Shown here: positions 25,798 through 38,622 of the stretch, one piece after another
How positions within the stretch are numbered: the first letter of the stretch is position 1
Layout: every line of letters begins with the position of its first letter
Assembly: GCA_013265495.1 (NCBI GenBank)
Contig: MU058252.1
Coordinates: 1,832,244 to 1,896,243, forward strand
Direction: 5' to 3'
Source: Vicugna vicugna
Taxonomy: Eukaryota
DNA: 64,000 nt
Position numbers and translations under genes: made by a program
The notes under the pieces: generated by a model
Told to the model about the DNA's origin: nothing
What the model saw: the letters and a program-made list of their open reading frames with translations, nothing else
Database searches by the model: none

Positions 25798-27099
25798 TTC
25801 CGCTCTCTCTTTTGAAGACAGGCAGAAAAGAGAAAAGATAGAGGGGCACAGCAAACCAGGGTATTGCTCCTTCCTCACCCCAAACAGAGAGTCCATGGAG
25901 GACACCTGGGGCAGATGATGGACCAGAAAGGGCGGCAGGGCAGGGCTGTGTTCTCTGCAGAACCGCCAGTTTATAACACAACAGCATCACCTGACGTTGA
26001 GTGCTGGCCAGTCACAGCAGCCACTCTTTCCTCCCTGGGGAGGTACACGTTAGGGACGTGTCAGAGGAGCCTGGGAAGTGGGAAGCGGCGTGGAGTCTTC
26101 CCTTCCAAGAGGTTGATGCTGCAGTGTGAGTAGAGGAAATGCAGCCGACCTGAGCTGCGCCCGGCCCCCGGAACAAACCAAGGATGAGAAGGTGAGGCGG
26201 CCTGCTTGTCAGCTCCTTCCCGCCTAGCCTGGACTGCTTTCTAGGCTGACGGGGCTCTCCTCGGTCTGCAGAGGAAGCCTCAGCATTAGGAATATCCACC
26301 GGGAATCCTTGCATCAGGCTGTTGGCTGCAGCACCAGTGCGGAGCCCAGGAGACCGTTCCCCACCCAGGGCTGGGCAGCGGCCCCAGTTTTAAGACCTTC
26401 TCAACACGAAGCCCCTTGAGTGGTCCAGGAACCAAGGAGGCTGGTTCCCGACTGATCCTCTCGACGCTCTTCAGGGCCTTCTTGTTCTGAAGCCATGGCC
26501 TCCCGAGAGCGCTCCAGCGCGCGACAGTTTCTGTTGTCATAATAAACAACAATTTACAGTTCATTTGGGATCTCCTCCAGATTAGGTATTCCTGTGATTA
26601 TTTCTGGAATTGGTCACCCTTGAAATAATTATGGAGAAAGTAGCCAGTGGTAAGAAAGCACGTTTCCTATTTATAATTTAAATAGCTCATGTGTCTTCCC
26701 CTAATTACCACCAGAGTGTTCAGTTCCTGGACTCCAGGAGCTAGCTGGTTCACAGGGTTAAATAACAAATTTTTTAGATCCTTTATTGGCTTTCCTTTTT
26801 CCTTCCTTTTTTTTTTAATTTTGAAAGAGCATAAAATGAATTCACTAATTAGTTTTCTCTTCCTGACTTGTGTTAGCATATTGCTTTAATCTGTCTCTAA
26901 TGAGACCAACCAAATTTGTTGGGCCCACACAGCTTCTAAAGACCCCTTAGTCAACAAACCTTGGAGACAACATGCACCCCAAGTGGAGCTTAGCCAGCTG
27001 GTAACCTTAGCCAGGTAGGTGGCCTCTGTCATCCTATGTGTATGAGGACAAGATGGGGCTATATTTTCTCTAGATTTCTCCACTCACAGGTTCTAAGAA

Positions 27100-27990
27100 C
27101 AGGATCTCCCAAACTTGCCTGAAACACTTATTTACAAAATGACCTAGGCATTCCAAAGTAGAATCAGGGAGGAGATCTAACTCCTGTGTATTGCATTTAA
27201 CAAGCACCACCAAGAATTTGGTGCCACCACTATGGAAAACAGTATGGAGATTCCTTAAAAAACTAAAAACAGATTTACTATATAATCTAGCAATTCCACT
27301 TCTGGGTACATATCCAGAAAAGACAAAATTCTAATTCAAAAAGATACATGCAGCCCAATGTTCACAGCAGCACTATATACAGTAGCCAAGACATGGAAGC
27401 AACCTGAGTGTCCATCAACATATGACTGGATAGAGAAGATGTGGTATATTTATACACAAGGAATACTACTCAGTCATAAAAAGGATGAATTAGTGATACT
27501 TGCAACAACATGGATGGACCTAGAGATTATTATACTAAGTGAAGTCAGACACAGAAAGACAAATATCATATGATATCATTTTTATGTGGAATTTGAAAAA
27601 TGATGCAAATGAACTTATTTACAAAACAGAGACAGACTTACAGACATAGAAAACAAACTTACGGTTACCAAAGGGGAAAGGAGGGAGGAGGGATAAATTA
27701 GGAGTTGGGGATTAGCAGATATAAGGTACTATATATAAAATAAACAACAGAGTCCTACTGTATATCACAGGGAACTATATTCAATATATTCTAATAATTT
27801 ATAATGAAAAAGAATATGAAAAAGAATATATATATGTATAACTTAATCACTATTCTATACGCTGGAAACTAACACAACATTGTAAATCAACTATACTTCA
27901 ATGAAAAAGAGATTTAAAAAAAAACAAACAAAAAACAAGCACCACCAAGTGGTTCTTATCATCATGGAAATTTTGGAAACCCTGGTCTGG
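27100..27990. mobile_element. hAT-Charlie MER5-like DNA transposon remnant split by an L1 insertion
   Basis: Removing the L1 rejoins 'tgcatttaacaagcaccaccaag|tggttcttatcatcatggaaattttggaaaccctg', a MER5-like end. Confidence 0.55.
27215..27933 (+). mobile_element. 5'-truncated L1 with poly(A) tail and 16-bp TSD
   Basis: ORF2 C-terminus 'MFTAALYTVAKTWKQPECPSTYDWIEKMWYIY', 3' UTR and A tail. TSD AACAAGCACCACCAAG at 27199-27214 and 27934-27949. Confidence 0.95.
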
Positions 27991-28309
27991 GAGGATGATT
28001 CTAGGCTGGGTGATTTTTTTTGGCATTAGTGTTTAAGAACTACTTGCCCTAGAGGAAAGTGACAATAAATACAAACTTATAGATAAGACCAGGCCAAGCC
28101 TATTGCAATCAGATTGTGCACCAGCACACACAGGCTTTTTCTTACTTAGAAGCATAAAATTTGAGATATTTACAGCTGGAAGATTGTCTGCTACATCATT
28201 CAGTCTGTTCTCAGTAATGCAGAAACTCTTTTCAAAGAAAAAAATCCTCACTGTTTTTCTTTCCCTAAGGTTTGCCACCTCCAGTCAAGAAAATCTGAGC
28301 TCCTTCAAT

Positions 28310-28470
28310 GATTCCTAAACCACCAGATCATCTGAAGTCGTTTACATAAAATGCAGGTTCTGAGACCTCACCACATACCCACTAAATCATAATGTTCATG
28401 GATAGGGCTTGGGAATCTGATTGGGACCCAGAGGAATGAGGTAATCAGTCAAATTCAACACTCACTGATC
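28310..28470. mobile_element. MER5-like DNA transposon remnant
   Basis: 'aaaatgcaggttctgagacctcacc...actaaatcataat...gggcttgggaatctg' is MER5-like. Confidence 0.55.
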
Positions 28471-28979
28471 TATTCCACTTTTGTTCAAGAGTTGAGTGAA
28501 CTTAGCAATAGAGCCTAAGGGATTCAACAAATCAGATTTACGGGAGGCCTTCAGAGTGTCTGCAAAGCTAAGTCGGCTTTGTGTGAATCACACACAAATT
28601 CTTCTGTCTCTCAGGAAGTCTGATGGGGTGGTCCCATCACTCTGCGTACTAGAAGAAGTTGGGAGGTTAGAGAAATGTACTTAGCAAGGACTCCAATTAT
28701 TTATGAACACTGTCATCCATTGCCTCTCCCCACCATTAATTAATAATCAGTTCTCAATCAATGGAATGTAATCTTTGAACAGGCAAAAGAGAAGGCTTAG
28801 GGTTGGAGAAAAATTATCATGGCATTGTAGGTGAGAGAATACAGAGTCCTTGTGTGGCTGGCTTACTGTGGACTGATAATGAAGTTTTTAGGACAAGTCA
28901 ACATGACGATGGAGAGTGTGGGCATCTTATAAACCACTAAATTCTAGCTTTACCATTATTATTATTATTATTTTTAAAT

Positions 28980-29483
28980 TGGGGTAGCTACCAAATGATC
29001 CAAAATGGTCCCAATGATCCTCATCTCCTAGGACCTGTCCTTCCTTCCCACACCGAATAGAGACACTCTGTGTAACCAGGGGGACACTGTAGAAGGATGG
29101 GATGTGATTTCTAAGCCTGGAGCTTAGAGAAAGGCATTGTGGCTTCTTCTTTGCTCTCTCGTGGATCACTGCTCTGGGAAATCCAGCCACATTATTGGGT
29201 TGGGGTACGTAAGAAGTCCATGGAGTGGTCCATGTGGTGAAGAACTGAGGGCTCCCACCCACAGCCAGCACCACTGTGCCAGGGATGTGGGTGGACCACC
29301 TTGGAAGAGGGTCTTCCAGCCTCAGTCCAGCCATGAGGTGATGCAGCCCCAGCTGACATCTGACAGCAGCTTCCTGAGGGCCCTTCTGCCACAAACCCCT
29401 GCTCACCTGGGAGATAACAAATATTTTTGCTTTAGGTCCAAGTCTGGGGGTAGCTTGTTACGCAGCAGTGGGTGATCAGCACA
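28980..29483 (+). mobile_element. MaLR solo LTR (MLT1F/G-like), near full length
   Basis: TG start, CA end. Contains 'tggtcccaatgatcctcatctcc', 'gaagaactgagggctcc' and 'ttgttacgcagcagtgggtgatcagcaca'. Confidence 0.85.
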
Positions 29484-30049
29484 AATAAGAGAGTGGCTAT
29501 CCCACAGATACAAGGTCGTCGTCTGAGATAATCATGACTCCTCAGTGTGCGAGAGGGAGGGGAAGCACTGCAGATGAGATTTACAGGCTGAGAGAGTCAA
29601 GGCCAGTGAGGTGCTACCAGCGACGAGGAGACAGTCCTTGCACTGCACTTCACAGCGTCTTTCGGATGGCTGTAAATAGTGCATGAAATACCGACTTGGA
29701 AGGAAGAGCACGAGTGAGAGCAAGAGGGAGCGAGAGCCCCTCGCCCTGGTGGGGACAAGTTCAAATTCATTTCTTTCTTTCTTGGGTCTAAGCCACAAAG
29801 CTACCCCTTTCGTGGGGACTTTCTCTTCCTGCAAGGTAATGGAACAACTGTGCTGTCTGAACAGAAGGGAAAGACACATTTTTTTTTTTTAATCCCAGTG
29901 GCAGACAGCCGAGACGTCAAACAGCAGAACACCTTGCTGACCCAGAACGGAGCTCTGACTGTCACAGCCCTGAGCCTGCTTCTCCCAGACAGTGACCAAA
30001 ACGTCCCCTCCATGCTCTTTGCCATTTCTTAGTAACTTTTTTGGGGGGA

Positions 30050-31141
30050 AAGATACTGTTATTGCTGCAACAAGTGACCAGAGACTTAGTGGCTTAAAAC
30101 AACAAGGAGGTATGCTCTCACAGTCCCGTGGTCCAGAAGTCCCCCTCGGTCCCACTGGGCTAAAACCATGGTGAAGGCAGAGCTGGTTCCTTCGGGGGGC
30201 CCCAGGGTGGGATCTGTTTCCTTGCCTTTTCAGCTTCTCGAGGCGCCCTTTGCTCCTGGCCCCCTCCTCCACCCTCCAAGCCAGCAATGTTGCATCTCTC
30301 TGCCCTTCTGGCCTTTGCATCTCTCTCACCATAGCTGGTAAAGATTCTCCACTTTTAAGGACCCAAGCCATTTCCTTGGGCCCACCTGGATAGTCCAGGC
30401 TCCTCTCCCCTCTCAAGACCCTTCACTTAATCACAACTTCAAAGTTCTTTGGCCTTGTTGGTACAGGAAAAATGCGGGGCAAGAGGAGGGCCGTGTCCCA
30501 GGTCTTGGCTGAGTGCCTTGGACGCGCCCTGCCGAGGTGGGTCCTTGGCTTTGTGCGGGAACGAATTCAAGGGCGAGCAGCAGTTGAGAAAAGGTAGACT
30601 TGTTCAGAGAGACTCATACTCAATAGACAGCATGCAGGCCGCTTCAGAAGGCCGGAGAAAGGCCCCGAGGTGTGGGGCTGGGGTGCGCAGTTCAAAGCAG
30701 AAGCAGACGCACACTCACAGATGGAGTGTGGACGCCGCAAGGCAGGGAAAGGGCCGCCGGCCAGGTGGCGCTAGTTCTTTCGGGCTCGGCGACTCCCTGT
30801 GCTAACACGTGGGAGGACTTTTCCAGCTTCTTTGGGGAAGGGGCCGGGATTCCCAGGAACTGGGCCACCACCCACCCTCTGACCTTTCATGGCCAACCTT
30901 GAATCTGTCCTGGCCCCTGTGGGAGCGCCGTTTAGCAGATACTGTGTTATGACGAGCGTATAATGAAGCTCAAGGTCCGCTGGGAGCTGACTCTTCCGCC
31001 ATCCTGGTGCTAATGGCTGGGTCATTCTTTTAATGATTGTGCTCTGCCCCCTTCCCCCCGTGTCATTGTCAGGCGACATAATCACAGGTTCTGGGGGTTA
31101 GAACCTGGACCTCTCTGGGAGCTATTACTCTGCCTATCTCA
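30050..31141 (-). mobile_element. MaLR LTR (MLT1D-like) split by an ERV1-like LTR
   Basis: 'acttagtggcttaaaacaac...ctcacag...gggcccacctggatagtccagg...cttaatcacaacttcaaag' resumes after 31069 with 'acataatcacaggttctgggggttag'. Confidence 0.85.
30459..31065 (-). mobile_element. ERV1-like solo LTR (607 bp)
   Basis: TG...CA termini and a 4-bp TSD TTGT (30455-30458, 31066-31069). Precisely interrupts the MLT1 element. CpG-rich. Orientation is inferred. Confidence 0.85.
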
Positions 31142-31419
31142 GGTATTTTTCTTTTAATTGAAAACCTTTAAATGATAGAGTATTTATCAAGCTATCTCGT
31201 TTGGGGACCATCTCCTTCCCCCAAAGTTAAATCCACAATCTTTTCTCAGGCTAATCTCTACTACTGACTCTCCCAGTCTCCGGCTGGGGAGGGGGTCACC
31301 GAGGGTAAGAGCGACATGTGAGGTGCGAGGCTGTGTCAAGCCACTGCTTTCCTGGTGCCACTTAACGTGTGAGTTCACGGCATTCCCCTGCATAGAACCC
31401 TTCTGTAGCTTCCCATCAG

Positions 31420-31900
31420 GCTCGTGCCCAAGCCCCCGGTTCTTACTGTGGCCTTGGAGGCTCTATGTGGCTTGGCTTGGCTTGGGTTATTTCTCCTTTC
31501 TTCCTGTGTGACTCACCCGCTTGTTTGTTATGTCCCAGCGTCAGAGGTTCTGCGTTAGCCCAGCCCAGGTCCCCCTCTTCCTGGGCCCTTTCTTCCCCTC
31601 TGTTCCCCTGGCCAACTCCTGTTCATCCTTCCTGTCTCTCTGCAAACATCACATCCTCTGAGATGCCTGTCTGATGGCCGGGTCCAAGGCAGCCCTTTTG
31701 TCATCACGCTTTGTGAAGGGAAGTAAGGGTTTGCAAGTGCGGCGAAGGGCATGGTAAAACCCACACACATAAGTGTGTAGTCAGTGTCTGCCTCTCCTAC
31801 TGGTTGTCAGTGGGGGAAGGGGCTGTGTTTTCTCTGGTGACTGATGTGTGTAACCCCAGTCCCGGGCACCGGGTTTAGCTGATAGCAATCAATGAATTAT
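31420..31900 (+). mobile_element. L2 3' region
   Basis: 'tggccaactcctgttcatccttc...aaacatcacatcctctgagatgcct...tgtctgcctctcctactgg...aatgaat'. Confidence 0.65.
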
Positions 31901-32872
31901 ACGCTGTGCACAGGATTGCCAAGTGGGATGCTGTGAGGCCCTGATCAGAAGGCAGATATAAAATACTTTGAAGGATTAAATATGCAGTAGTATGTGAAGA
32001 AATATTAACATTCTCAGATGCTTGAGCATCCTTGCTCCTTGTCTTCTTGTCAGTGTGACTTCTGAGCAGAAAACAAAGACGTGCAGGGCAAAGGAATAGA
32101 AAGTGTGATTTCACCTGTTCATCAACCCAGAAGGCCCCGAGGTGTGTGGCTCCAGTTCTCCGAGGGGAGAACCTCCAGCCAAACTCAGGGTGTTGGCGTG
32201 GGACAGCCGTCTCCTTGCCCACCTCCTGGGCTGGAGGGAGGACTCCACCCCCTTTCCCCTGTCATTTCAGGCTCCAACAGGGTCTCTCGCCATCTGCCAT
32301 CTGTGCACCCCGCAGACTGACTCAGCGGTTTCCTCTTAGAACACAGCCTCAGCTCAGCCGATGTTATAATTAGGAATCGGGGCGCCCCTTGGACTAGGCA
32401 TGTTAAGATTCTCCCTCTTTTGGAAATAACTGAAGAGGAAGGGATCTGGTATGAGTTCCGATTTGCCCTAGATAGAGCCAGGGGCACGGATGGAGGATGG
32501 GCAATAGAGCCTCGTGCAGGGAGAGCTGTGAGGGCAGGTCCCAGTGCAGGGATGACTGCTAAACATAAGAAGATGTCCAGCCAATCAAACTGCCCTTTCT
32601 CACTTTCCTTCATAATGGCTGTTTTTTGGACAGATAGTTTCTACCAGGTAATGTCATGAAATCTATGACTCCATTCATTTACTATCACCCTTTTGTATTA
32701 TTTTTTTCAATAAGACTTTCCTCTCTTTTAACCTTTTTATTTTGAAATAGTTTTAGACTTACAAAAGAGTTCCAAAAATAGTACAGAGAGCTTCCATATA
32801 CTCTTCATCCAACTTCCCCTTGAATGTCTTCTGAAATCATAGGTCTTATACAATCATGGAACCGTCTATACA

Positions 32873-33303
32873 ACTTTTTGATGATGGCAATTCTGACTGG
32901 TGTGAGCTGATACCTTGTGGTTTAGATTTGTATTTCACTAATAATTAGCGATGCTGAGGATTTTTCCATGTGTGTGTTGGCCACCTGTGTGTCTTCTTTG
33001 GAGAAATGTCTCTTTAGGTCTGTTGTCCATTTTTTGATTGGATTTGTTTGTTTTTTGATGGTAAGTTGTATGAATTGTTTGTATATTTTGGATATTAACC
33101 CCTTGTTGGTTGCACTGTTTGCAAATATTATCTCCCATTCCATAGACTGTATTTTTATTTTGTTGATGGTTTCCTCTGCTGTGCAAAAGCTTTTAAGTTT
33201 GATTAGGTCCCATTTGTTAATTTTTGCTTTTATTTCTTTTACCTTGGGAAAGTGATCTAAGAAAATGCCTATGACTTTTGCCTGAGAATGTTTTGCCTGT
33301 GTT
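32873..33303 (-). mobile_element. L1 ORF2 fragment (younger subfamily)
   Basis: Minus frame '[70 protein letters not shown]' is L1 ORF2p. Confidence 0.92.
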
Positions 33304-33682
33304 AACGGTGATTTTTTTTAGTTCTCTCTTTCTTCCTACATTTAATAATTGGAATTCTCCTGTCAGGAGGCATTGCCTCTTCTTCCACTGATTTATTTAT
33401 TCAGTTATTTATTTCCATCAGTATGGACTCATGAATATTTATTTTATCCTTTGAGTTATAATCTAGTGTTACTTTTATTTATTTTATTTTTTTATGTCTG
33501 GAGTTGTTCTAACTTTGCCCATTGGGAGACCTTTCAGGTTGATTTCTGTTTCTTTTCAATATGTATGCTTATTTTTGTTCAGCACTTTCTTATTTTCTAA
33601 CTCTGCAAGATGCCCCAGGCTCATCTGGTATTTTCTTTGTTTCAGTCCTGGAATCAACCTCTTTACTAAGGAGCCTTGGTTC

Positions 33683-34168
33683 TGTTGACTGGAAAAAAAA
33701 AAAAAGCACAACCTGAAAGTTGAGAATTATGTTTCATCTGGGGACAGCACTGAGGACAACATAGCCTGGGATGCAGCCTCTCAGACACCTCCGAGGAACC
33801 GTTCCCAAAAAGTAAAGGAGGAGCCAGGATATATAGGCATTTTTACTGGAAAAAAAAAAGTAATTGAACATCAAAAGATTACTGTTACTCACAAAAAACA
33901 GACACCTCAAGTTAATGATTTTAGTGCTCTTCTAGGTATGGGAAGATGCAAGGGTCTGGGGTTATTGAAATCGTCCCTTTGAAAAGCATCTTAACTGTCC
34001 AGCGCCAGCGTCCTAGTTTTCTCCATCATGAGTTCCCCTCGGGTGTGGGTGGTTTGGTGGGTGGCTGCAGTGGCTGATGGCTTAGTGGCAGGCATAATTT
34101 ATTGCTTACTGGAATGGCAGGCAGCATCCTTTGTTTACCGAAATGACAGGCAGCATGTTTTGTCCACA
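33683..34168 (-). mobile_element. ERV1-like solo LTR (486 bp)
   Basis: TG...CA termini and a 4-bp TSD GTTC (33679-33682, 34169-34172). TATA-like 'cctatatatcc' on the minus strand near 33830. Confidence 0.85.
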
Positions 34169-35519
34169 GTTCTATTTTTTTGTTTGCTTGTTTTGTTTGG
34201 GTTTTGTCTTGCTTTGTTGTTGAGAATGGTATTTAGAAACCAAGTCGTGGGTGATCATTGTGCTCATTGATACTGAGGTGTCACTGCTTCTAGCCGTCCT
34301 CCGAGGGTACAGCGAAGGGTGCGTGGACTCACGTGTCAGTGCACACACACACCTGTGTTTATGTCTTTGTCTATTTTCAGTACATGTATTAAAAGAAATT
34401 CATCAGCCCATACTGATACCTCCAACCCCAATCCAGCACCAGAGAATGTTTTCCTAGACTTTCCCTTTTTCTTACTTGTAAATGCTTTCTCCGGCAGTGA
34501 GACATGTAGTTCTCATTATCTGCAATGTGTTTATTTGTTCCACACTAGAACACAAAGCAAAGTAGTTTCAGAATTCTTAACCCACAGGGAATTTCCTTTT
34601 CTTTACAACCCACAAAGATATTCTTTATCTTTTCTAAATCTGTTTATTTCTTTGTGTCTTTCTGTCTCTGTGAAGCTTATTTTCAAGTTATAATCTCCAA
34701 ATGTTGATCATTTATTTCTGCATCTTTTTTTTTTTAAACATGTCCTGCTTTCCTGTGTGCCTTGCTGTGTCTCAATCTTGCCATATTTAGGGATGCTTCT
34801 AATAAATGCGTTCACTTTGTCTCTGGGGTGTGTGGAGTTCTTTGTTCATTCTTGTGGACACTGCTTCTTGGAAATTACTTTGTTGTATTTTTCTAGTCAT
34901 AACTCATTTCTTTTCCCCACCCCAACCCCCCAAACTAAGTTCCTTGTTTCTTATCCAGGCTTCTCCCTGCATGTGTCCTATTTCTTTCTGAGATGAAGTG
35001 TGATGAAAATAAAGAGCTTGTTTCAAAGCCCATAATGATGTTTCTAAGAGGCTTTGTGCTCTCTTATGCCCTTTAAAATTCTGTGTTTAAGTCAAATGAC
35101 CTTGGGAATTTTTAGTACAAGATAAATCTAAAGGAATTTGTGCTGAGTTAGCATGGGGGAAAAATACGTTTATGATTTCTCCTGATTCCCCATCTATGGG
35201 AAAATGTCATTTTGGGTTATTCATGTAGGAAGAGGGGCTCTCAATAATCAAAAATCATTCTGGAGGAAATAATAAACTTCAGGAATATCGAAGTATTTTA
35301 TGTTTCTTGTTTTATCGTAAATTCCAGAGGGTAATGGCATAAACACCCACACCCACACCTGCATTATGTATGTATATTAATTAGCATGGTAGCCACAGTA
35401 ATAAAACAAGATTAAAAGAAACATCATTGGGAAGTACACTATGAATTTGACTTGTTAGTATTTAGAAAATAACCAGTGTTCACTAAAAGCCAATATGGCA
35501 GTCAATTTTTAAAATTTAA

Positions 35520-36240
35520 AGTCAAAGTGGAAAACCTTCCCGCGCTGACCTGTGGAAGGCCGGCGCTTACCGAGCTCGCCACCTTGCTGCCCCCCCGCCC
35601 CACGGTGGGCTGCGAGCTCCTCGTTTTGCCGTCTGGGAGCAGCCTGTCCCCGCGGCTGAGAACTCAGACACTCTTGTAGGGCGCGCTTTCTCCTGAGGCA
35701 TAAGGGTTTCACGTTTAATTGTCAGTCTGTCACTTACCCGCCCAGTGACTCTGCTTTGTTTTCGTTGGGGGTTTTGTTCAGCCTAATTATGATCTTTGAG
35801 GGGCTCTCTCCACCCGCAGTGTTTGCCTCTGCGGTGCTTATCGATGGACACCTCTGCTGGGGGATCTTCATGCCACCCCGGGGCCCTGTCATGCCTCTCT
35901 GGGTTAGCAGTGAGAGCGGAGGCAGGCAAGTCAGAGGAGCCTTGGCGTTTGTGACGCGCAGCTCACCCGCTCCCTCTCCCCCGCGTGGGGAACGGGGCAA
36001 GCTGTGGCTGACTGCCCACCGCTCTCTCGGGGGCGGGAGCTCGTCTTTGCTTTTCCTCTAGCGGCTGTGAAATATTTATTCTCCCTGCAATCTGCACGCC
36101 ACTCAGTATCCCCTGGAAAGAGACTGTATTCCGTTGAGGGACAACGTCAGTGAACGGAAACCTTGAGCTCCTTGGGCGGGCAGGATAGTCATCACGCAGG
36201 CTCACCTGCTCAGAAGCCCGTGAAAAATAAATTATCCCGA
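35520..36240. promoter_or_regulatory. CpG-rich patch, candidate regulatory element
   Basis: Visibly high CpG and GC content, no recognisable repeat, flanked by AT-rich TAAT-containing sequence. Confidence 0.4.
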
Positions 36241-36352
36241 AAGTATTCAGTTGACTGAGGGTGAGACGTGTACTTTACCACCTGCCCGTTCATCTGCCTT
36301 GTCACACAGAGCCTCTCAAGCCTTCACCAGTCACTTATTTAGTCTCACTTTA

Positions 36353-36445
36353 TTTTTAAAATTTTTTCAAATGGAGGTGCTGGGGATCGAACCTAGGACC
36401 ATGCATGCTAAGCATGTGCTCTACCACTGAGCTAGTCCCACCTTG
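36353..36445 (-). mobile_element. vic-1-type SINE with 14-bp TSD
   Basis: Minus strand has A box 'tagctcagtgg' and B box 'ggttcgatccc'. TSD TTAGTCTCACTTTA at 36339-36352 and 36446-36459. Confidence 0.92.
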
Positions 36446-38434
36446 TTAGTCTCACTTTAGAAACAATTTTAACAAACTTCCTTATTTGGGTTCACAGTCT
36501 GAATCAGGGATGAGATGAGGAATTGAGGGAGCACACTCTCTCAGCTTCGTCACGAGAGCCCGTGTGGATCTGATCCTATAAACCCGTCAGACTGGCCGTC
36601 GGCCTCCGCTCTCCAAGGGGAGGCTTGGGTTAGGTGACTGTTGGGACCCTCCGGGTCACACATCCCGTTTTTCTGAATGTTGTGAATGCTCTCAGGGCCC
36701 AGCCCAGTGCTGGGCACAGTGGGCCACTTAGTGAGCACTGGTTAGATCCGCTCAAGAGAGTCACTCAGAGGTGATAAAAAGAAGCACTTTGTCTTGTTGA
36801 GAAACCTTTCATCAAGGACGGGTTCTGGGCCAATTCTGGTGAAGTAATAATACAAACCCGAGTACAAGGCTTTGCTCAGAAATTTCAGGAGAGGCAAGTC
36901 CAAGCCAGGCAGTCAACAGTAGATCCCCACCCTGGGGCTCTTCAAAGGCAAGTTCCAGGATCCAGCACTGACCGTGAAAAGCTTGGGAGAGGATGGGCGG
37001 GGAGCGGACCGGTGTCCAAGGCTGACAGCATCAGTGATGAGGGGCAGCGTGGGCTCCAGGGTGATGTCCAGAGGCATCTCTGGGCTGTTTTTCCCAGTGA
37101 CAGGGAACCCCAGCCCCATCACAAAGGACACCGGACAAGCCAGCTGCCGCCTTGCCTTTTTGACTGGGCTATGACTGAGCTCAACCCTGGTGTGTCAGAG
37201 GGCGCAGCACGGTCTCTGAGAGTAACCGGCTACAGGAAATACACGTTTTCATGAAAAACGGTCTTAGACGTGGAGACTCTCCCGACTTTCTCTTCCGAAG
37301 CTGACCACTCTGTTAGCCGGTGACCACACCGGCGACCACACCAAGGGCCTTTGGAAAATGCCCCCCAAAGGGGTCTGGGGGGACTTTGGCTCTTCTCCAG
37401 TGTCACAGAGCTTCATGGCTTTTCTTTACTTACTTCAAAGACTCAGTCCACTTGGAGACTAAATTATTCACATCCACTGCAGAACCTGTCCCAGCAGCCA
37501 CTGCCGAGGTGTCTGGGGTCCGCGGTGAGTCTTGGCTGTTCTTTGTATCCCCTTTGCCTCTCCTCTCCCACGTGCTCTAGGACCCCCGTGGCTCAGCAGG
37601 TGCACAAGCGCCCTTGTCTGTTAGTTGTGAAGGATCACACCGCTTGCTCAGAGCCTAAAGAAAGCAGTGCAGCCAACTTTCCTGGAGTTCTGTGGGGACA
37701 GTGAACAAACAAAACCATGCTCGAGGAACATAAGGCAGGACCTGCCCGGAAGCAGTGAGGCAGGCGACTTGAAGAACAAGCGGTCACTGCTGGCTGGTGT
37801 GGTTAGAAGGGCTTACAGGGCAGCGGGCCTCACCCGGTCTCGGGGGGGCAGTGGAGCAGAGGGTGCTCCAGGGAAAGGGACAGACCTTAGGCTGGGGCAC
37901 CCTTTACCCTCTGAGGGCAGCGCACCCCTGGAGCAGCCTGGAGTGGAGGATTCTCCCTGGAAGGAAGCTCAGACGGGTAGGTAGGGACCTCTCGCGCCTG
38001 AGTAAAGACTTTGGTTTTAATTTACAGATAATAGAGTCTCAAAGATTATTTTTAGGAGGGATCATGTGGCCATAAGGATGGATACACGTCGGAGCCAGGA
38101 GAAGTAGAAGTGAAGACGTGAGGACTGTGAGTGTTTCAGACCAGATTTAATTGGTGACAACGGCAGCGGGGTGGAAAGCAAAGTCAGAAATGTCACGGTG
38201 AAAGCTTGGATGAGACGGATTCACTGAGCCTGGAGAGAAGAATGAACAGCACGACCTACACCAGCAAGGCAATGGGTAAGGCTGACACACGGGACCGGAC
38301 ATCAGGAGACCAGTGCTGACAGGTAAGGCTTTTCTCCAGTGACCCTAGGAAGTCGAGTTGACTTCTCTGGGCCACCATTCAATCCTGGATGACAGAAGCA
38401 ATCACAACAGCTTTTTTTTGAGGGGGGGACGCCC

Positions 38435-38622
38435 AATTTATTTTATTTTTTTAACATTTTTTATTGAGTTATAGTCATTTTACAATGTTGTGTCAAATCC
38501 CAGTGTAGAGGAAAATTGTGCAGTTTTACAGGAACATACATATATATATTCACTGTCACATGTTTTCTCGCTGTGAGCCACCACAAGATCTTGTATATAT
38601 TTCCCTGTGCAATCACAGTATC
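38435..38622 (-). mobile_element. L1 3' end
   Basis: Antisense counterpart of 48695-48913 ('attgagttatagtcattttacaatgttgtgtcaaatcccagtgtagag'). Possible TSD TTGAGGGGG. Confidence 0.9.

Larger units (their letters stand above)
32725..34700 (-). mobile_element. Old L1 (L1MC-type) 3' region carrying nested insertions
   Basis: Antisense 3'-end motif 'ttttgaaatagttttagacttacaaaagagttccaaaaatagtacagagag'. Continues at about 33310-33680 and 34215-34600. Confidence 0.7.

Noticed and set aside
28033..28318. Overlapping short ORFs between repeats
   Set aside because: The minus-strand frame has an in-frame stop upstream, MER5-like remnants flank the region, and there is no recognisable homology.
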